A stretch of 64,000 nt of DNA, taken from positions 2,402-66,401 of the forward strand of contig JAJCXP010000366.1 of the NCBI GenBank assembly GCA_029263375.1, written 5' to 3'. Below, one piece after another: positions 9,701 to 18,945 of the stretch. Both the position numbers and the translations under genes were made by a program. The notes under the pieces were generated by a model. That model did no database searches and was not told the DNA's origin. It worked only from the letters and a program-made list of their open reading frames with translations. The stretch is from Acidobacteriota bacterium (GTDB lineage: Bacteria; Acidobacteriota; Thermoanaerobaculia; Multivoradales; JAHEKO01). Position 1 is the stretch's first letter, and every line of letters begins with the position of its first letter.

Positions 9701-11478
9701 AAGAGCCCCTAGGGCGTATCGACGGAGGAGCGGCCTACGTCGTCTGGGGATCCAGCACACTGTCGGAGGTCACAGAACTCACCTCCTCATCGGCAGGAGT
9801 CACCCAGATCTTCGGGCGGACGGACGAGGAACTCGGCTCTTGTGTCGCTGCGGGAGACGTGAACAACGACGGTTTCGATGACCTCATCATCGGAGCCGAG
9901 ACATTCGACGCCGGTACCGACGACAAGGCAGGAAGAGTGCTCATAGTCTACGGCGGGAACTCTCTTCCGGCCATGATCGATATGGAAGCGACATCAGTCG
10001 CGATGACCGAGATCCACGGCCCAGGCCCAACCCACTTCCTCGGCAGGAGTTGCTCCGTGGGCGATGTCAACGGTGACGGCTTCGCAGATGCGGTAGCTGG
10101 CGCCCCAAGCGTAGATATCGGTGGAGACAATGATGTGGGCAAGATCTTCATCGTCTACGGGTCGGCCACTTTGCCCGCGGTAGTCGATCTTGGGAGCGGC
10201 CCGAGCGGCGTTACGGAGATTCGTGGCGCAGGTCACCTAGATTCCATCGGCGACAGCCTGGGTGTCCTCGATCCGAACGCCGATGGTTATGGCGACTTGG
10301 CCTTCGATAGCAGTTTCGCAACTCCGACGAACGTCTTTGTGCTTTGGGGCAGTTCGTCACCACCGAGCTTCATCGACCTAGCGTCCTCGCATGCCGGTAC
10401 CACCAGGATCGAAGAGCCCGACAGCGAGTTGTGGACTGCTTTCGGTGAGAGCCTCGCAGGTGGGGACCTCGACGGCGACGGGGTGCAGGACCTCATCATC
10501 GGGGCTGAGGCGGCTGAATACAACTGCAACGAGGATTGCGGGACAGTGTTTGTTCTATACGGCGACAACACCTTCAGTTCTCATGCCGTTATTGATCTGG
10601 GTGTGCCGCCTGGCACAGAGGCGGTGGCGGTGACGAGGATCCACGGGCTCGCAGATTTGGACTACCTAGGCAATGCCGTGAGTACGGGTGATGTCAACAA
10701 TGACGGATACTCAGACGCGCTCCTCGGAGCCCCTGCCTTTGGAGTGTCAGCGGGTGTCACCTTTGCCATCTTCGGTCGTCCTGAGTTGCGCCAGTTCGTA
10801 GAGGTCCCCCCGGACTACGCCGCGTTCGAGGGCACGCAGATCCTCGGAGTCGACGCCCTAGACGCGATGGGGGACGCTCAGGCGAGTGGAGACATTAACG
10901 GAGACGGTTTTGACGATGCCGTGATCGGCGCAAGCAACGCCGCCCCCGGAGGTGTCACAAACGCCGGTGAGGCTTACATCGTCTATGGCGGTGTCCGATC
11001 TCTCTCACCACCGTTCCGCACATTGACTGTGAACGTCCTTGGCAATGGCGGCGGCACCGTCGTAAGCACGCCTTCAGGAATCACCTGTACCGACTGGTGT
11101 GAGGCCCCTTACCTGGTGGGGTCGCAGCTCGACCTCGATGCAAGCGCTGATCCCGGTTCAGTGTTCGATCGGTGGCTCGGCGGCGGCTGCACGGGTTCTG
11201 CTGCGTGCAGTGTGATCATCGACTCGGACGTATTGATTGGCGCCCTTTTCATTGAGCCTGGCTCGTGTGGCGAAGCGGACACGCTCCACCTCCACGATCT
11301 GGCAATCGAGTCGACTGAAACATTCGAGGCTTGCACTGGGTTGTCTGCCGGCTCGGGGTTCAGCGTCGAGCCCGCGGGCGATGTGACACTTCGCTCGGGC
11401 GGCGGCGTGTCTCTCGAGAACGGCGTCATCGTCGAAGGCATGTTGGCGATCGAGATTGATCCCTCGCTACTGCCTTGA
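6751..11478 (+). CDS. Large secreted multidomain protein: metzincin-type metalloprotease, FN3-like repeats, Ig-like domain, FG-GAP repeats
   Basis: Signal peptide; HEIGHCLGVGH zinc motif; three related FN3-like units (LNGTVNPNGLSTEGWF, LNLQVTANGAATDVWF, LTAEILPNGLSTDAWF); Big_9-like GVLGNDSDPDGD..GSFDYSP; multiple GDxNxDGxxD repeats. Confidence 0.88.
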   Translation: MEPLVASLPRKGFVAALLGLCLPLAAAEAGTYLCSVFDNACTPNGDEASIVHPQGYSGFGSSLDLSVCVRGVGPQEEAAVGPLQRAIDTWVQLTETRGNYLDVGASDVPAGTHDLESVFLHEIGHCLGVGHANIGTDAEISDGCPAICDGCDEEQYTASFCGNNDVWDFDSGQQDGIEGTFDDDRGDDVNVFWFNDNFNDPFFVINPVDGQTYTRDPSNLPSSHSAAAWGSLAYSQWRGLADTEAVMAARIGPGVAKRQLSADEVSTILFGRTGLDESVGTSDDYEIGIRYSSDPSDCDLEVEFIDDSLIEGLAQCSFTATELASDHYAITSSKIEVNQDIDWYTGEGTDGDPPDTATNPASGVTDDLAVLNGTVNPNGLSTEGWFVWDDDSFVDAFSTPRVSVGSGSSSVPIAYGLAALDCETTYYFQAWGENSAGLDSGTVRSFTTGTCGGGGGDEELITNGGFEPGSAGWELSGDFQADDRFSCTHSGSGYAYLALPDGSRGDNLHGELDQVVSIPAAADSPELSYFYSISTDDPSGQIEDAMVVWIYDEAGDTALEALATYSNLDAQNGCGSTFYDSAGPFDLSDYIGETIRVRFEAATDSRSGTGTVFRVDDVSLQAEIPPGSAPDVSTESADEITSHSANLNLQVTANGAATDVWFEWDDDPNLSNQTDSVAVSEDAVNHPVSIELSGLNCEETYYFEAFAWNVHGEDDGIQRSFTTGACPGGPPTADTDPAEAITSTSARLTAEILPNGLSTDAWFEWGETTSLGNLTPRQGVGSGTSWVDFDADLASLDCGTTYYFEAHAENSAGEDDGATHSFATHDCDPGNRPPQATGDSYSTPVDAPLSVAAPGVLGNDSDPDGDFLTADLTGDVLHGSLTLHPDGSFDYSPVAGYEGPDSFSYVANDGLLDSSPATVNISVGDASPIQWPDFIDLNTPPGTESVPTTRIYGDYEFGDFGAGVASGDFNNDGFMDALVSAENEEPLGRIDGGAAYVVWGSSTLSEVTELTSSSAGVTQIFGRTDEELGSCVAAGDVNNDGFDDLIIGAETFDAGTDDKAGRVLIVYGGNSLPAMIDMEATSVAMTEIHGPGPTHFLGRSCSVGDVNGDGFADAVAGAPSVDIGGDNDVGKIFIVYGSATLPAVVDLGSGPSGVTEIRGAGHLDSIGDSLGVLDPNADGYGDLAFDSSFATPTNVFVLWGSSSPPSFIDLASSHAGTTRIEEPDSELWTAFGESLAGGDLDGDGVQDLIIGAEAAEYNCNEDCGTVFVLYGDNTFSSHAVIDLGVPPGTEAVAVTRIHGLADLDYLGNAVSTGDVNNDGYSDALLGAPAFGVSAGVTFAIFGRPELRQFVEVPPDYAAFEGTQILGVDALDAMGDAQASGDINGDGFDDAVIGASNAAPGGVTNAGEAYIVYGGVRSLSPPFRTLTVNVLGNGGGTVVSTPSGITCTDWCEAPYLVGSQLDLDASADPGSVFDRWLGGGCTGSAACSVIIDSDVLIGALFIEPGSCGEADTLHLHDLAIESTETFEACTGLSAGSGFSVEPAGDVTLRSGGGVSLENGVIVEGMLAIEIDPSLLP

Positions 11479-11776
11479 AGCGGAGTCAATCCCGGTATTC
11501 TTGGGGTGGCCCACAAGATCGGGGTTGGTTAAGAACGCCGAGAATTCCAGTCTCCCCTGGCATCAGATCTGGAGCACGTCACCAGTGCGGCCGAGACCTA
11601 GGTGCACTCCAGCGGTACGGGCGGGCCTGTCTCTCCGCCCAGAGCCAGACAGTCTGTTGCTCGACGGCAGCTCGACAATGGGCAACGGTGCCTAGTACAC
11701 TCGCGCCACTTACTTAGCTGTCACTGAGATCTCTTAGGTTCCGCAGCCTGGTTCTGAAGGGCTGGGGGGGACAAGA

Positions 11777-12688
11777 TTGAAAGCCTTCAAGGGCGCGATT
11801 CTCGCATCGCTGAGTTTCACTATTGCGTTTTTCCTTTCCCTGACCGGCTGTATGGCGGGTCAAGCCGCTGGGGTCGAGGCGGATCGAGCCACAACGGCCT
11901 TGGTGCAGGCTGAAGAGCGAGCTCCGAGGGAGCACTGCGACCCGCAGCTGCTGGAAGAGACTAGAGGCGGCGCAAACGGGTACGGCGGATTCGGCGATGC
12001 CTGCCAAGGGTACTTCCGCGAGTTGTCTACAACGGAACCGCTCACCCCTATCTCGTTGCGGTCTCTGTACATCGTCCCCGAATCCGGTGAACCGCTAGAG
12101 GCCATCGCAAGGCGAGAGGGGCAGCGGGTCGTCTGGGTGAACGTCCCTGTCGCTGATGCTCGTCCGGTGATGATTCTGATTCAAGCTGGGAGCCACTCGG
12201 CGAACCGCGCCGGCTTCAGGAAGACCTGGGCAATGACTGCGTGCCGCGACGGGGCTTCCCCCGACCTGCTCTTCAACCGCGGAGAACTGCAGAACCTTAT
12301 GAGAAGGAGGCCACGAGGAACGGTCCACCTTGGGGCTCTTGCGACGACGCCCTCGTTCTGCGAGCCCGTTGAACCTGGCACTCGCCTCTATTTGCCAGTT
12401 GGTTTTCCGGAAAGCAAGGATGCTCATCCCGGCAGCAGCTTTGAAGCGGTTGTTGACTTCCACCCAAAGCCCCTATCCCGGCCCACCTTCCGCCTGCTGA
12501 GGGATAACGGAGATGCCCTAAATGGCTGTACGGATGACCTCAAGCTTGAAGAGAGCCTCGAGCTGCGAATCCGCTGCCCGCTCCCACGTTGCAGGAGCGT
12601 CTATTCTCTGGAAGTCGTCGTTGACCCCGCAACTGGCTCGGACATGGTATTCGAGCTCCTTCTCGGGCGAGAGAACTGCGGACAATGA
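11777..12688 (+). CDS. Hypothetical lipoprotein
   Basis: 303-aa ORF; hydrophobic leader ending in lipobox-like LTGC; stop overlaps the next ATG. Confidence 0.6.
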   Translation: MKAFKGAILASLSFTIAFFLSLTGCMAGQAAGVEADRATTALVQAEERAPREHCDPQLLEETRGGANGYGGFGDACQGYFRELSTTEPLTPISLRSLYIVPESGEPLEAIARREGQRVVWVNVPVADARPVMILIQAGSHSANRAGFRKTWAMTACRDGASPDLLFNRGELQNLMRRRPRGTVHLGALATTPSFCEPVEPGTRLYLPVGFPESKDAHPGSSFEAVVDFHPKPLSRPTFRLLRDNGDALNGCTDDLKLEESLELRIRCPLPRCRSVYSLEVVVDPATGSDMVFELLLGRENCGQ

Positions 12689-14481
12689 GTGGGCTCAAGC
12701 TCCTTCTAGTCATCGTCTTGCTCGTGTTTGCCACCACCGGGCTTCTGCTAGACCGCATTCGACCGAGAGCGGAGGCAATTCTGCTCGTCCCGAGTACTGC
12801 CGGCGGCACGGAAGTGGTCTTTGATATCGCACGGGAGGACATCCTTGAGTCGCCGACGGCCTTGGCGATTGGAACCGCCAATACCTCGGACATTCGTTGC
12901 ATTGACGGTGACCCTGAATGCAACCACGTTTGGCTACCGCCGCAGGGATCCCCTGCAACCACTCTCCGAGCCTTCCGGATCGTCGGGCCCGACCGCTTGG
13001 CACTCCGCCTGCCAGTCAGCGACCTTCGATACACGTTCCAAGAACCCGCTCGCCTGCTCATCGGACTCTCCAACGGGCGGGATGAACAGATCCAACTCTC
13101 ACCACACGGTAGCATCTCAGTTGCTCTATCACGTCAAGACCATTCGGTGCTCTTGCTGCGCGGTCACGTCACCGTTGGCGGGCCCTGCACTACTCACGCC
13201 CGCGTGACATTTCTTCACTTCCCGACGGTAATCCGCGATCTATCCAAGTGCCAATCTGGCTGGGCGCTCTCGAGCGAGCGACCGGCCACAGTCGAGTTGA
13301 CCACGGCTGACATGCAAATCCGAGCTTCGGCCGCGGACCTAACCATCGAAGGAGAGTCAATCATGCCATCGATGCTTGAGCGCCTAAGCGAGAGAGCTCC
13401 TCCATGGATAAACCTACTCGCCATCTTGGCTGGGTTGGTGACTGTCATTGGTGCTTTCCGTAACGCTGTCCGAACCATCGTGATCGCGATTGGTCTCGCC
13501 TCCCTACTTGGGTCAGCAGTAGAGGCGACGGGCATCGAGGACGGGAGCAAGCGCAGAATCAACGTTGAAAAATTCATCGTCGGCATAGGGGTAGACGGGT
13601 CAGTACGCGGTAGCGGGATTCTTATCGGTCAGGACCACATACTGACCGCCTACCATGTCCTTCATGAGAGCAACCCGACGGAAAACAGCCCCGTCATCTG
13701 CGTTCTATCCGCGCCAGTAATAGAGGGTCGTCTTACCCCATCTAACTGCGAGGACAAGGGTGCGACCGGCGAAATCGTGTATCGAAGTGAGGTCTACGAC
13801 TTGGCGGTCGTCAGAGCTTCTATCGCGTTCCCCGACGTTTCCGGCTTCAGATTCCTGGGCAGCAGCAGCCGCTGCGGTCCTGGCTGCCGAGTGCTGCTAT
13901 CCACGTACGACGATCCGTCGAAGCGGCTCTATAGCGACCCAGGGACCATCGCCGTCTCTTCCGGAGACAGGCTCACAATCGACTGGCCAAGTCTGACTGA
14001 GAGCCCGGGGTGGTCGGGCGGCGCGATTCTTGACAAGAAGCTACGACTGGTTGGCCTATACACCGAGGACGACTCGAGCGGACAGCAGAGCTTTGGAGTC
14101 CCATTTGACACGGTGCGGGCCATCCTCCCAGACGACATTCCAATGGAACACAAAGTCAAGCGGAAGCTGGATCGGTGGCTCGTCGCGGGCATCTTGGCAA
14201 CCATCGGCTCAGGCTACGTGCTAAACGAACGGAACGACGATCTCGATCGAGCAGTAAGCGGCATCGAGGTCATGCCGGCCGTTACGCGAGGTCAGGAGAT
14301 CATCCGGAATCGCGCGATCGCTGAGGTGCAGTCACTCGAATCTGAACGGGACATCTGGGCAGCTGTGACAGGCGTGGTGGTGACGGCATCGGCCACGTAC
14401 ATAACCACCAAATACCTGTGGCCTCGTTTTCGCACCTGGAAGAACAACTGCAAGAGAAGGTGGGTCAAGTGCAACTCATGA
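12685..14481 (+). CDS. Membrane-anchored trypsin-like (S1) serine protease
   Basis: Triad motifs LTAYHV, YDLAVV and PGWSGG; hydrophobic segments on both sides of the protease domain. Confidence 0.8.
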   Translation: MSGLKLLLVIVLLVFATTGLLLDRIRPRAEAILLVPSTAGGTEVVFDIAREDILESPTALAIGTANTSDIRCIDGDPECNHVWLPPQGSPATTLRAFRIVGPDRLALRLPVSDLRYTFQEPARLLIGLSNGRDEQIQLSPHGSISVALSRQDHSVLLLRGHVTVGGPCTTHARVTFLHFPTVIRDLSKCQSGWALSSERPATVELTTADMQIRASAADLTIEGESIMPSMLERLSERAPPWINLLAILAGLVTVIGAFRNAVRTIVIAIGLASLLGSAVEATGIEDGSKRRINVEKFIVGIGVDGSVRGSGILIGQDHILTAYHVLHESNPTENSPVICVLSAPVIEGRLTPSNCEDKGATGEIVYRSEVYDLAVVRASIAFPDVSGFRFLGSSSRCGPGCRVLLSTYDDPSKRLYSDPGTIAVSSGDRLTIDWPSLTESPGWSGGAILDKKLRLVGLYTEDDSSGQQSFGVPFDTVRAILPDDIPMEHKVKRKLDRWLVAGILATIGSGYVLNERNDDLDRAVSGIEVMPAVTRGQEIIRNRAIAEVQSLESERDIWAAVTGVVVTASATYITTKYLWPRFRTWKNNCKRRWVKCNS

Positions 14482-15320
14482 TCGACGGCGGAGTTTGTCT
14501 GCATTGGCGTCGCACGAGCCAGATCTCGTGGATCAACCTCTCCGTAGCATTGGTGATGCTGGGTGCCTCGGTCGGATGCAACTGGAATGACCTTCCCCCC
14601 ACGACGCCAGCCAGAACAGCGATGGCCACCCATGAAGGCAAGTGCTACGTCGATCCAGACTGCAACGCTGCACTGCGCGACGCTGGGACTGCACAGTGCG
14701 TTGGGAAGGACTCTTGCTCGGGTGTTTGGATGTGCCCGCCGCCTCTGGGCGTGGACATCGACCCGGTCACCGGCTGGGACTGCCCAGGGGCTGGCCAGGA
14801 GGACTGCGCGTACAGCGACGGTTGCTTCCTGGTGACCGGCAGCCCACTTCAACAATGCCGCAACGGTGTGTGCGTTGGTGACACATCAGTGTGCAGCGAG
14901 CGAATCAAGATCGACGAGTACATCTTTGGGGTAGCGATCAATAGCTGCAACTGCAACGAGGTGGACCCGGGGTCGGCTCCGGCAATAACCGAGTGCCGAG
15001 AGGAGCCTCCACCGCCTCCTCCCCCACCTCCTGGCCCGCCTGCGGCACCGGAAGCAGTCGTAGTCAGTCCTGTGTCGAGGAAGGCTATCGACGTGACTTG
15101 GCAGGACAAGTCAGACAACGAAAGGAAATTCAGAATTGAGCGGAAGCGAGGCGACGCCGGGCCCTTCCTCGTCGCGGGGGAAACTTCAGCCGACGACACC
15201 AGCTTCCGAGACACTGGCCTCGAGTGCGGAACCTCCTATGCCTACATCGTATTTGCCGTTAACCGCCGAGGTGAGACTCAGTCTACGAACGAGGATCGGA
15301 CCGAGACGAATCCGTGTTGA
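14478..15320 (+). CDS. Cys-rich putative lipoprotein with proline linker and C-terminal FN3 domain
   Basis: Lipobox-like SVGC, many Cys, PPPPPPPPPGPP, then IDVTWQDKSDNE..FRIER..FRDTGL..YAYIVFAVN. Start uncertain. Confidence 0.7.
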   Translation: MIDGGVCLHWRRTSQISWINLSVALVMLGASVGCNWNDLPPTTPARTAMATHEGKCYVDPDCNAALRDAGTAQCVGKDSCSGVWMCPPPLGVDIDPVTGWDCPGAGQEDCAYSDGCFLVTGSPLQQCRNGVCVGDTSVCSERIKIDEYIFGVAINSCNCNEVDPGSAPAITECREEPPPPPPPPPGPPAAPEAVVVSPVSRKAIDVTWQDKSDNERKFRIERKRGDAGPFLVAGETSADDTSFRDTGLECGTSYAYIVFAVNRRGETQSTNEDRTETNPC

Positions 15321-15415
15321 CTGCCGACACTCACCTTTTCTTGATGACCGATGACGTGCTCCCCCCAACTCGGCCCGCTAGACTTTGAGCGATCGGGCCG
15401 CATGGGAGGAGCAAG

Positions 15416-15682
15416 ATGCGCAAGAGTCGCTACAGCGTGGAGAAGATCATCCGGGTGCTGCAGGAGGCGGAGTCCGGCAAGTCGGTGAAGGACGTCTGCC
15501 GGGAGCACGGGATCGCTTCCGGGACGTACTACGCCTGGAAAGCCAAGTACGGAGGGATGGACGTCAACGAGGCTCGCCGGCTCAAGGAGCTGGAGCTCGA
15601 GAACCGTCGTTTGAAGTCGGCGGTCGCCGAGCTGACGCTGGAGAAGCACGCGCTCAAAGACGCTCTGTCAAGAAAATGGTGA
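15416..15682 (+). CDS. IS3 transposase OrfA (HTH)
   Basis: MRKSRYSVEKII..DVCREHGI..YYAWKAKYGG..LKELELENRRLK. Confidence 0.9.
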   Translation: MRKSRYSVEKIIRVLQEAESGKSVKDVCREHGIASGTYYAWKAKYGGMDVNEARRLKELELENRRLKSAVAELTLEKHALKDALSRKW

Positions 15683-16567
15683 CGCCCGCGGCCCGGCGCA
15701 CGGCGGTGAGCCTCTTCCGGGATCGGCACGGTGTGAGCGAGCGTGGAGCGTGTCGGCTGGCGAGCTTTAGTCGCTCCTCGTACCGGCGCAAGAGTCTGCG
15801 TGCGGAAGCGGATCAGCCTCTTCGAGAGCGGCTCATGGAGCTCGCTTCAGAGCGGCCTCGCTTCGGCTATCGGCGTTCTGCACGTGATGCTCAGACGCGA
15901 GGGCTGGGAGATCAACCGCAAGCGTGTCTACCGGGTCTACCGCGAGATGGGCTTGGCCGTGAGGCGCAAGAAGCGCAAGCGCGTGGCTCAGGCGAACCGT
16001 CTGCCACGCGTGGTGCCGATCGCCCCGAACATCCAGTGGTCGATCGATTTCATGCGGGACACGCTTTCGAGCGGCCGGGTGTTTCGGACGCTCAACGTCG
16101 TCGACGATGCGACGCGAGAATGCCTGGCGATCGAGGTCGACACGTCGCTCTCGGGAGCCCGCACGGGCCGAGTGCTCAAACGCATCGCAGAGAAGCGAGG
16201 AAGCTACCCAAGCCGAATCGTGCTCGACAACGGACCTGAGTGCACGAGCAAGGCGCTGGATCAGTGGGCGTACAAGCGCGGCGTGGATCTGGCCTTCATC
16301 CGGCCCGGCAAGCCGATCGAAAACTGCTTCGTAGAGTCATTCAATGGGCGCTTCCGAGACGAGTGTCTCAACGTCCACTGGTTTCTGAGCCTCGACGAAG
16401 CGAGGCGGCGCATCGAGACCTGGCGCGTCGCCTACAACCACGTCCGCCCGCACAGCAGCCTCGGCTACGAGCCGCCCAGCCTGGTGGCCCAGGCGGGGCT
16501 TCAGCCGACTGCGTCGCCTGCAGCCCCGCCCGTTTCCCCCGCCCAAGGAGGGGTGACTCGAGGCTGA
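15676..16567 (+). pseudogene. IS3 transposase OrfB (DDE) with an apparent +1 frameshift
   Basis: MVTPAARR..RPRFGYRR, then an extra T at 15876-15877 shifts into LHVMLRREG..WSIDF..DNGPE..ESFNGRFRDECLN; could be a sequencing error. Confidence 0.8.
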
Positions 16568-16618
16568 TGAAAGTTCAGAATTCCAGAAGCCCGTGGTGTC
16601 AGACCGGGGAGCACGTCA

Positions 16619-16769
16619 CGTCGAGCACTACCACCGCGAGAGAAACCACGAGGGACTCGACAACCAGCTGCTGGAACGCGCGTCACCACCAGCGAACCTG
16701 GACGGCGAAGTTCATCGACGTCGACGCCTCGTTGGACTACTCAGCTCCTACCATCGCGATGCCGCGTGA
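16619..16769 (+). pseudogene. C-terminal fragment of a second integrase-core transposase
   Basis: VEHYHRERNHEGLDNQLL..RRRLVGLLSSYHRDAA* begins directly after the IS3 right IR. Confidence 0.6.
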
Positions 16770-17018
16770 GCCTTCGGCTCATTATTCGCACCCTACGGGG
16801 TGCGAATCGCCGGAAGGTGGCCACGCACGCCATCGCAGTTCCTGGCTGAGATGGGCCTAAGCCCCTAGCTTTGGGAGTTCTGTGTGGACCGCTCTGCACC
16901 CCGCGGCTTGCCACGCCCTCCGCTTGGCCTGGCGCGATGGGGTTATCCACTGTCCACGCTTTGACCTCCTCTGCATGCTCACGCCATCGGTCACGCGAGA
17001 TTCACACTTGGAGAGTAG

Positions 17019-18131
17019 CTATGCAGCCTCTCTCTTCGAGCCAGATTCACTATCGGTAAGGATCCGCTGTGCTTCTTCCATCACAAAAACTCCCATCGGG
17101 TCGACCGGCGCGCTGATCGTCCCGCGCACCTCGTGGAAATACCAATTGCAATCGTCCCATCGTGTTCGCCAGTAAGCGTACCCATCCGGATCGAGTATGT
17201 CCCGTTGAATCTGGTCTGGCGACAGAGGATAGTGCTCGTAGTTTTGCCAAAAAACTTTAAAGTCGGCAGTTGTCATTCCGGCCCCAGTCTGGGTGTTCAG
17301 AACTGAAAGAACGATCTCGGCGCCCGCGTCAACATCATCTTCGACGAAGTTGGCTATCTGAAACCAAACACGTACAAGGCCCTGCAGCACGTTCTCATGC
17401 TTCTCGAGGTACTGCCTCGTAGTTACGATCCCGTTGATCGGAGGAGGCGCCAAATCAGCACCGATCACGATTGCCTTCATGCCTTCCTGGGTCGCACGCG
17501 TTCGCTGTGGTATGCCACCTAGATAGAAGTCTCCGGTTCCTCCCAGGAAAGCGGCAAGACCCTCATCCGGACCCAAGTCAATTACGTTCACATCCGCCAT
17601 GAAATCGAGTCCGGCTCGGTACGCTGCCCCAAGAACGGCCTGCTCCATATCAGTGCTGCTCGTAGTAATGACCGTTCTTCCGCTGAGTTGCGCAATAGCC
17701 CGACGGACTGCGATCTGGCGGTCAACACCTTGCGCCACGAGCTCCTCCACGGACTCGAATTCCGGGCGTGCCATCAGAGCGGCTCCCGCATCGAATATGT
17801 TGAAGCCGTAGTAGTAAACAAATTCCGGCCAGCTCTCATGAGTGGCGATGATTGAGGAAATGTTGTTAATCGCGACGTCGATCTCGCCCGCTGCGAGCGC
17901 TTCTTGCACCTCCGACCAGCCGAGGACCACGAACTCCACGTCGAGGCCTTCGTCCTCATACCAGCCCTTTTCTTCTCCAATGATGGGTAGAAGTGTGTCC
18001 TGGAATGGCGAGACACCAAACCTCACCTTCGTAAGCTCGATCGCTGAGCTCTCTTCAGCCTTCGGCCCGCAAGCTGCCGAGACCAAGACAAGCGTCAGCA
18101 ACCATCCTAGTGCGAATAGTCTCCTGTTCAT
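17019..18131 (-). CDS. ABC transporter substrate-binding lipoprotein (NitT/TauT, SsuA/NMT1-like)
   Basis: Lipobox SAAC; EKGWYEDEGLDVEF and ALAAGEIDVA; in an operon with permease and ATPase. Confidence 0.88.
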   Translation of the reverse strand: MNRRLFALGWLLTLVLVSAACGPKAEESSAIELTKVRFGVSPFQDTLLPIIGEEKGWYEDEGLDVEFVVLGWSEVQEALAAGEIDVAINNISSIIATHESWPEFVYYYGFNIFDAGAALMARPEFESVEELVAQGVDRQIAVRRAIAQLSGRTVITTSSTDMEQAVLGAAYRAGLDFMADVNVIDLGPDEGLAAFLGGTGDFYLGGIPQRTRATQEGMKAIVIGADLAPPPINGIVTTRQYLEKHENVLQGLVRVWFQIANFVEDDVDAGAEIVLSVLNTQTGAGMTTADFKVFWQNYEHYPLSPDQIQRDILDPDGYAYWRTRWDDCNWYFHEVRGTISAPVDPMGVFVMEEAQRILTDSESGSKREAA

Positions 18132-18156
18132 CTCACGTCTCCTTTTTCTAAGCTGT

Positions 18157-18945
18157 TCAACGATCTTGGCTGCGGCCAGACCATAGAGTGAGTCGATCGG
18201 TTAGGAGCCGTAGAGCGCGGTCTACCGCCCAGGCTTCGACTCCTATGATTACAAGGCAGAGAAGAATCATGTCGGTGTTTAGACTTCGTCGAGCCACCAT
18301 GACCAGGAATCCAAGGCCCGTTTGAGCACCCATCAACTCTGCGGCAACGGTGAGTGCGAATGAGAGACCTAGGCTCACGCGAAGTGCTCCCACTGACTCC
18401 GGCAGAATTGCAGGCAGGAAGACGGTCCGGTAGGCGTAGGATTGGCTCGCACCAAGTGAACGAGCCGCGTCGATTAACCGCGGCTGAACATTCCTGGCGG
18501 CCTCGATTGACGCCACCGTGAGCGTCATCATGCAACCCAGCCCAGCCAGAATGATCTTTCCGGTGTTGCCAAGCCCGAACCAGAGGATAAAGAACGGGAT
18601 GAGCGCTACGACCGGCAGAGGTCGGAGGCCTTCGACAATTGGCTCGAACAGACCGAAGACTATTTGATACCGGGACATCAGGAGTCCCAAGGCCAGTCCC
18701 ATCAGGGACCCAATCATGAAGCTCGCGAGAACTCGTGCCAAAGTAACGCTGGCGTGAAGCAACAGAGTCTCGCGGACCAGCAGAAGCCGATCGACCAAGG
18801 CCTCTGGGCTTGGGAAAAAGAGTGGCTGCACCACTTGGAACCGCTGGGTCAGCAAGTACCAAGCTAGCCCAAGACTCAGAACGGTGGCCAAGCTCGCTAC
18901 TCTGCGTGGCATACCGCGAGAAGGCCTATCGTTCATCTTCAACAC
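18157..18945 (-). CDS. ABC transporter permease (SsuC/TauC-like)
   Basis: FPSP, RPLPVVALIP..WFG, EAA loop DAARSLGA, AELMGAQTGLG. Confidence 0.92.
   Translation of the reverse strand: MLKMNDRPSRGMPRRVASLATVLSLGLAWYLLTQRFQVVQPLFFPSPEALVDRLLLVRETLLLHASVTLARVLASFMIGSLMGLALGLLMSRYQIVFGLFEPIVEGLRPLPVVALIPFFILWFGLGNTGKIILAGLGCMMTLTVASIEAARNVQPRLIDAARSLGASQSYAYRTVFLPAILPESVGALRVSLGLSFALTVAAELMGAQTGLGFLVMVARRSLNTDMILLCLVIIGVEAWAVDRALRLLTDRLTLWSGRSQDR

Larger units (their letters stand above)
15352..16618 (+). mobile_element. IS3-family insertion sequence
   Basis: Terminal inverted repeats TGACGTGCTCCCC (15352) and GGGGAGCACGTCA (ends 16618); orfA plus DDE orfB; no target duplication seen. Confidence 0.9.

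Noticed and set aside
15385..16860. ORFs 15385-16239 and 16240-16860 as independent genes
   Set aside because: Alternative frames of the IS3; only part of the first is true OrfB.
16943..16957. DnaA-box-like sequences (also 25947-25955)
   Set aside because: Isolated imperfect matches without origin context.
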